Source of the DNA: Eledone cirrhosa
Lineage: Eukaryota
Direction: 5' to 3'
Assembly: GCA_964016885.1 (NCBI GenBank)
Contig: OZ024744.1
Span: forward strand, 37,696,001-37,760,000
DNA: 64,000 nucleotides
A program made the translations under genes and the position numbers. This document shows positions 58,626 to 64,000 of the stretch, piece after piece. Within the stretch, counting starts at the first letter, position 1; each line of letters starts with the position of its first letter. The notes beneath the pieces were generated by a model that saw nothing but the letters and a program-made list of their open reading frames with translations, was not told where the DNA came from and ran no database searches.

Positions 58626-61600
58626 TAATTTAGTTAAACTGGAATAATCTCTCTTGTGACTCGTAATAATTTAGTTAAACTGGAACAATCTCTCTTGTCC
58701 CCTTTAATAATTTAGTTAAACTGGAACAATCTGTCTTGTCCCCCTTAGTAATTTAGTTAAACTGGAACAATCTGTCTTGTCCCCCTTAATAATTTAGTTA
58801 AACTGGAACAATCTGTCTTGTCCCCCTTAATAATTTAGTTAAACTGGAACAATCACTCTTGTCCCCCTTAATAATTTAGTTAAACTGGAACAATCTGTCT
58901 TGTCCCTCTTAATAATTTAGTTAAACTGGAACGATCTGTCTTGCCCCCCTTAATAATTTAGTTAAACTGGAACGATCTGTCTTACCCCCCTTAATAATTT
59001 AGTTAAACTGGAACAATCTGTCTTGTCCCCCTTAATAATTTAGTTAAACTGTAACAATCTCTCTTGTCGCCCTTAATAATTTAGTTAAACTGTAACAATC
59101 TCTCTTGTCCCCTTAATAATTTAGTTAAGCTAGAACAATCTCTCTTTTCCCCTTAATAATTTAGTTAAACTGTAACAATCTCTCTTGTCCCACTTAATAA
59201 TTTAGTTAAACTGGAACAATCTGTCTTGTCCTCCTTAATAATTTAGTTAAACTGGAACAATCTGTCTTGTCCCCCTTAATAATTTAGTTAAACTGGAACA
59301 ATCTCTCTTGTACCCCTTAATAATTTAGTTAAACTGGAACAATCTGTCTTGTCCCCCTTAATAATTTAGTTAAACTTGAACAATCTCTCTTGTCCCCCTT
59401 AATAATTTAGTTGAACTGAAACAATCTCTTTTGTCCCCCTTAATAATTTAGTTAAACTCGCACTATCTCTCTTGTACCCCTTAATAATTTAGTTAAACTG
59501 GAACAATCTCTCTTTTCCCCTTAATAATTTAGTTAAACTGTAACAATCTCTCTTGTCCCCTTTAATAATTTAGTTGAACTCGTACAATCTATCTTGTCCC
59601 CATTAATAATTTAATTAAACTGGAACAATCTGTCTTGTCCCCCTTAATAATTTAGTTAAACTGGAACAATCTCTCTTGTACCCCTTAATAATTTAGTTAA
59701 ACTGGAACAAACTCTCTTGTCCTCCTTAATAATTTAGTTAAACTGGAACAATCTGTCTTGTACACCTTAATAATTTAGTTAAACTGGAACAATCTCTCTT
59801 GTCCCCCTTCATAATTTAGTTAAACTGGAACAATTTGTCTTGTCCCCATTAATAATTTAGTTAAGCTGGAACAATCTCTTTTGTCCCCCTTAATAATTTA
59901 GTTAAACTGGCACTATCTCTCTTGTACCCCTTAATAATTTAGTTAAACTGGAACAATCTCCCTTGTACCCCTTAATAATTTAGTTAGAATGGAACAATCT
60001 GTCTTGTCCCCCTTAATAATTTAGTTAAACTGGAACAATCTCTCTTGTCCCCATTAATAATTTAGTTAAACTGGAACAATCTCTCTTGTCCCCCTTAATA
60101 ATTTAGTTAAACTGGAACAATCTGTCTTGTCCCTCTTAATAATTTAGTTAAACTGGAACAATCTCTCTTGTCCCCCTTAATAATTTAGTTAAACTGAAAC
60201 AATTTGTCTTGTCCCCATTAATAATTTAGTTAAACTGGAACAATCTCTTTTGTCCCCCTTAATAATTTAGTTAAACTGGAACAATCTCTCTTGCCCTCCT
60301 TAATAATTTAGTTAAACTGGAACAATCTCTCTTGTACCCCTTAATAATTTAGTTAAACTGGAAGAATCTCTCTTGCCCTCCTTAATAATATAGTTAAACT
60401 GGAACAATCTGTCTTGTCCCCCTTAGTAATTTAGTTAAACTGGAACAATCTGTCTTGTCCCCCTTAATAATTTAGTTATACTGGAACAATCTCTCTTGTC
60501 CGCCTTAATAATTTAGTTAAACTGGAACGTTCTCTCTTGTCCCCCTTAATAATTTAGTTAAACTGGAACAATCACTCTTGTCCCCCTTAATAATTTAGTT
60601 GAACTGGAACAATCTGTCTTGTCCCACTTAATAATTTAGTTAAACTGGAACAATCTGTCTTGTCCCCCTTAATAATTTAGTTAAACTGGAACAATCTCTC
60701 TTGTCCCCCTTAATAATTTAGTTAAACTGGAACAATTTGTCTTGTCCCCATTAATAAGTTAGTTAAACTGGAACAATCTCTTTTGTCCCCCTTAATAATT
60801 TGGTTAAACTGGAACTATCTCTCTTGTAGCCCTTAATAATTTAGTTAAACTGTAACAATCTCTCTTGTCCCCCTTAATAATTTAATTAAACTGGAACAAT
60901 CTGTCTTGTCGCCCTTAATAATTCAGTTAAACTGGAAGAATCTGTCTTGTCCCCCTTAGTGATTTTGTTAAACTGGAACAATCTGTCTTGTCCCCCTTAA
61001 TAATTTAGTTAAACTGGAACAATCTCTCTTGTCCCCCTTAATAATTTAGTTAAACTGGAACAATCTCTCTTGCCCTCCTTAATAATTTAGTTAAACTGGA
61101 ACAATCTGTCTTGTCCCCCTTACTAATTTAGTTAAACTGTAACAAACTCACTTGTCCCTCTTAATAATTTAGTTAAACTGGAACGATCTGTCTTCTCCCC
61201 TTCAATAATTTAGTTAAACTGGAACAATCACTCTTGTGCCCCTTCATAATTTTGTTAAACTGGAACAATCTGTCTTATCCCCCTTAATAATTTAGTTAAA
61301 CTGGAACAATCTCCCTTGCGCCCCTTAATAATTTAGTTAAACTGGAACAATCTGTCTTGTCCCCCTTAATAATTTACTTAAACTGTAACAATCTCTCTTG
61401 TCCCCCTTAATAATTTAGTTAGAATGGAATAATCTCTCTTGTACCTCTTAATAATTTAGTTAAACTAGAACAATCTCTCTTTTCCCTTTAATAATTCAGT
61501 TAAACTGGAACAATCTGTCTTGTCCCCCTTAATAATTTAGTTAAAGTGGAACAATCACTCTGGTGCCCCTTCATAATTTTGTTAAACTGGAACAATCTGT

Positions 61601-64000
61601 CTTGACCCCCTTAATAATTTAGTTAAACTGGAACAATCTCCCTTGTACCCCTTAATAATTTAGTTAAACTGTAACTATCTCTCTTGTCGCCCTTAATAAT
61701 TTAGTTAAACTGTAACAATCTCTCTTGTCCCCCTTAATAATTTAGTTAAACTAGAACAATCTCTCTTTTGCCCTTAATAATTTAGTTGAACTGGAACAAA
61801 ATGTCTTGTGCCCCTTAATAATTTAGTTAAGCTGTAACAATCTCTCTTGTCCCACTTAATAATTTAGTTAAACTGAAACAATCTCTCTTGTCCCCCTTAA
61901 TAATTTAGTTAAACTGGAACAATCACTCTTGTCCCCCTTCATAATTTAGTTAAACTGGAACAATTTGTCTTGTCCCCATTAATAATTTAGTTAAGCTGGA
62001 ACAATCTCTTTTGTCCCCCTTAATAATTTAGTTAAACTGGCACTATCTCTCTTGTACCCCTTAATAATTTAGTTGAACTGGAACAATCTCCCTTGTACAC
62101 CTTAATAATTTAGTTAGAATGGAACAATCTGTCTTGTCCCCCTTAGTAATTTAGTTAAACTGGAACAATCTCTCTTGTCCCCATTAATAATTTAGTTAAA
62201 CTGGAACAATCTCTCTTGTCCCCCTTAGTAATTTAGTTAAACTGGAACAATCTGTCTTGTCCCCCTTACTAATTTAGTTAAACTGGAACAATCTGTTTTG
62301 TCCCCCTTAATAATTTAGTTAAACTTGAACAATCTCTCTTGTCCCCTTAATATTTTAGTTAAACTGTAACAATCTCTCTTGTCCCCCTTAATAATTTAGT
62401 TAAACTGTAACAAACTCACTTGTCCCTCTTAATAATTTAAGTAAACTGGAACGATCTGTCTTGTCCCCCTTAATAATTTAGTTAAACTGGAACAATCACT
62501 CTTGTGCCCCTTAATAATTTAGTTAAACTGGAACAATCTGTCTTATCCCCCTTAATAATTTAGTTAAACTGGAACAATCTCTCTTGTCCCCCTTAATAAT
62601 TTAGTTAAACTGGAACAATCTCTCTTTTCCCCTTAATAATTTAGTTAAACTAGAACAATCTCTCTTGTCCCCTTAATAATTTAGTTAAACTAGAACAATC
62701 TCTCTTTTCCCCTTAATAATTTAGTTAAACTGGAACAATCTGTCTTGTCCCCCTTAATAATTTAGTTAAACTGGACCAATCTCTCTTGTACCCCTTAATA
62801 ATTTAGTTAAACTGGAACAATCTCTCTTGTCCCCGTTAATAATTTAGTTAAACTGGAACAATCTGTCTTGTACGCCTTAATAATTTAGTTAAACTGGAAC
62901 AATCTCTCTTGTCCCCTTAATAATTTAGTTAAACTAGAACAATCTCTCTTTTCCCCTTAATAATTTAGTTAAACTGGAACAATCTGTCTTGTCCCCCTTA
63001 ATAATTTAGTTAAACTGGAACAATCTCTCTTGTACCCCTTAATAATTTAGTTAAACTAGAACAATCTCTCTTGTCCCCCTTAATAATTTAGTTAAACTGG
63101 AACAATCTGTCTTGTACACCTTAATAATTTAGTTAAACTGGAACAATCTCTCTTGTCCCCCTTCATAATTTAGTTAAACTGGAACAATTTGTCTTGTCCC
63201 CATTAATAATTTAGTTAAGCTGGAACAATCTCTTTTGTCCCCCTTAATAATTTAGTTAAACTGGCACTATCTCTCTTGTCCCCTTTAATAATTTAGTTAA
63301 ACTGGAACAATATCTCTTGTCCCCCTTAATAATTTAGTTAAACTGGAACAATCTGTCTTGTCCCCCTTAATAATTTAGTTAAACTGTAACTATCTCTCTT
63401 GTCGCCCTTAATCATTTAGTTAAACTGTAACAATCTCTCTTGTCCCCCTTAATAATTTAGTTAAACTGGAACAAAATGTCTTGTGACCCTTAATAATTTA
63501 GTTAAACTGGAACAATCTCTCTTGTACGCCTTAATAATTTAGTTAAACTGGAACAATCTCTCTTGTCCCCCTTAATAATTTAGTTAAACTGGAACAATCT
63601 CTCTTTTCCCCTTAATAATTTAGTTAAACTGGAACAATCTCTCTTGTCCCCTTAATAATTTAGTTAAACTAGAACAATCTCTCTTTTCCCCTTAATAATT
63701 TAGTTAAACTGGAACAATCTGTCTTGTCCCCCTTAATAATTTAGTTAAACTGGAACAATCTCTCTTGTACCCCTTAATAATTTAGTTAAACTGGAACAAT
63801 CTCTCTTGTCCCCCTTAATAATTTAGTTAAACTGGAACAATCTGTCTTGTACACCTTAATAATTTAGTTAAACTGGAACAATCTCTCTTGTCCCCCTTCA
63901 TAATTTAGTTAAACTGGAACAATTTGTCTTGTTCCCATTAATAATTTAGTTAAGCTGGAACAATCTCTTTTGTTCCCCTTAATAATTTAGTTAAACTGGC
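58597..64000. repeat. 41-bp satellite, about 130 units, running off the window end
   Basis: Consensus ttaataatttagttaaactggaacaatctctcttgtccccc; occasional 40-bp units; no unique spacers. Confidence 0.97.

Noticed and set aside
58597-64000. CRISPR-like array
   Set aside because: Contiguous 41-bp monomers with no unique spacers, no cas genes, eukaryotic context

Overview
Eukaryotic, gene-free, repeat-saturated DNA. The dense (TA)n/(TATG)n/(GA)n microsatellites and a Meta/MESC-type tRNA SINE suggest an invertebrate, probably a cephalopod mollusc (inference). No host gene is supported. The window holds: stacked R4/Dong-like RLE retrotransposons in (TAA)n (1-2955, 17935-18265); two convergent defective Helitrons (3475-6886, 7479-10512); many Penelope-like elements of Naiad type, including two long RT+GIY-YIG ORFs (31027-33120, 39658-41871) and several relics; a degenerate L1/Tx1 LINE (46687-52480); RTE fragments; SINEs; and a 41-bp satellite (58597-64000). 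Three features stand out on reading. (1) About 18 type I hammerhead ribozyme motifs, some with very large stem II insertions, sit in about 15 fold-back (inverted-repeat) elements nested in TA microsatellites. (2) A ~44-nt motif is conserved downstream of the hammerhead in divergent PLE families. (3) The satellite monomer appears to derive from the KGD-x3-C-S motif of the adjacent RTE reverse transcriptase. All calls were made by eye; boundaries are approximate.
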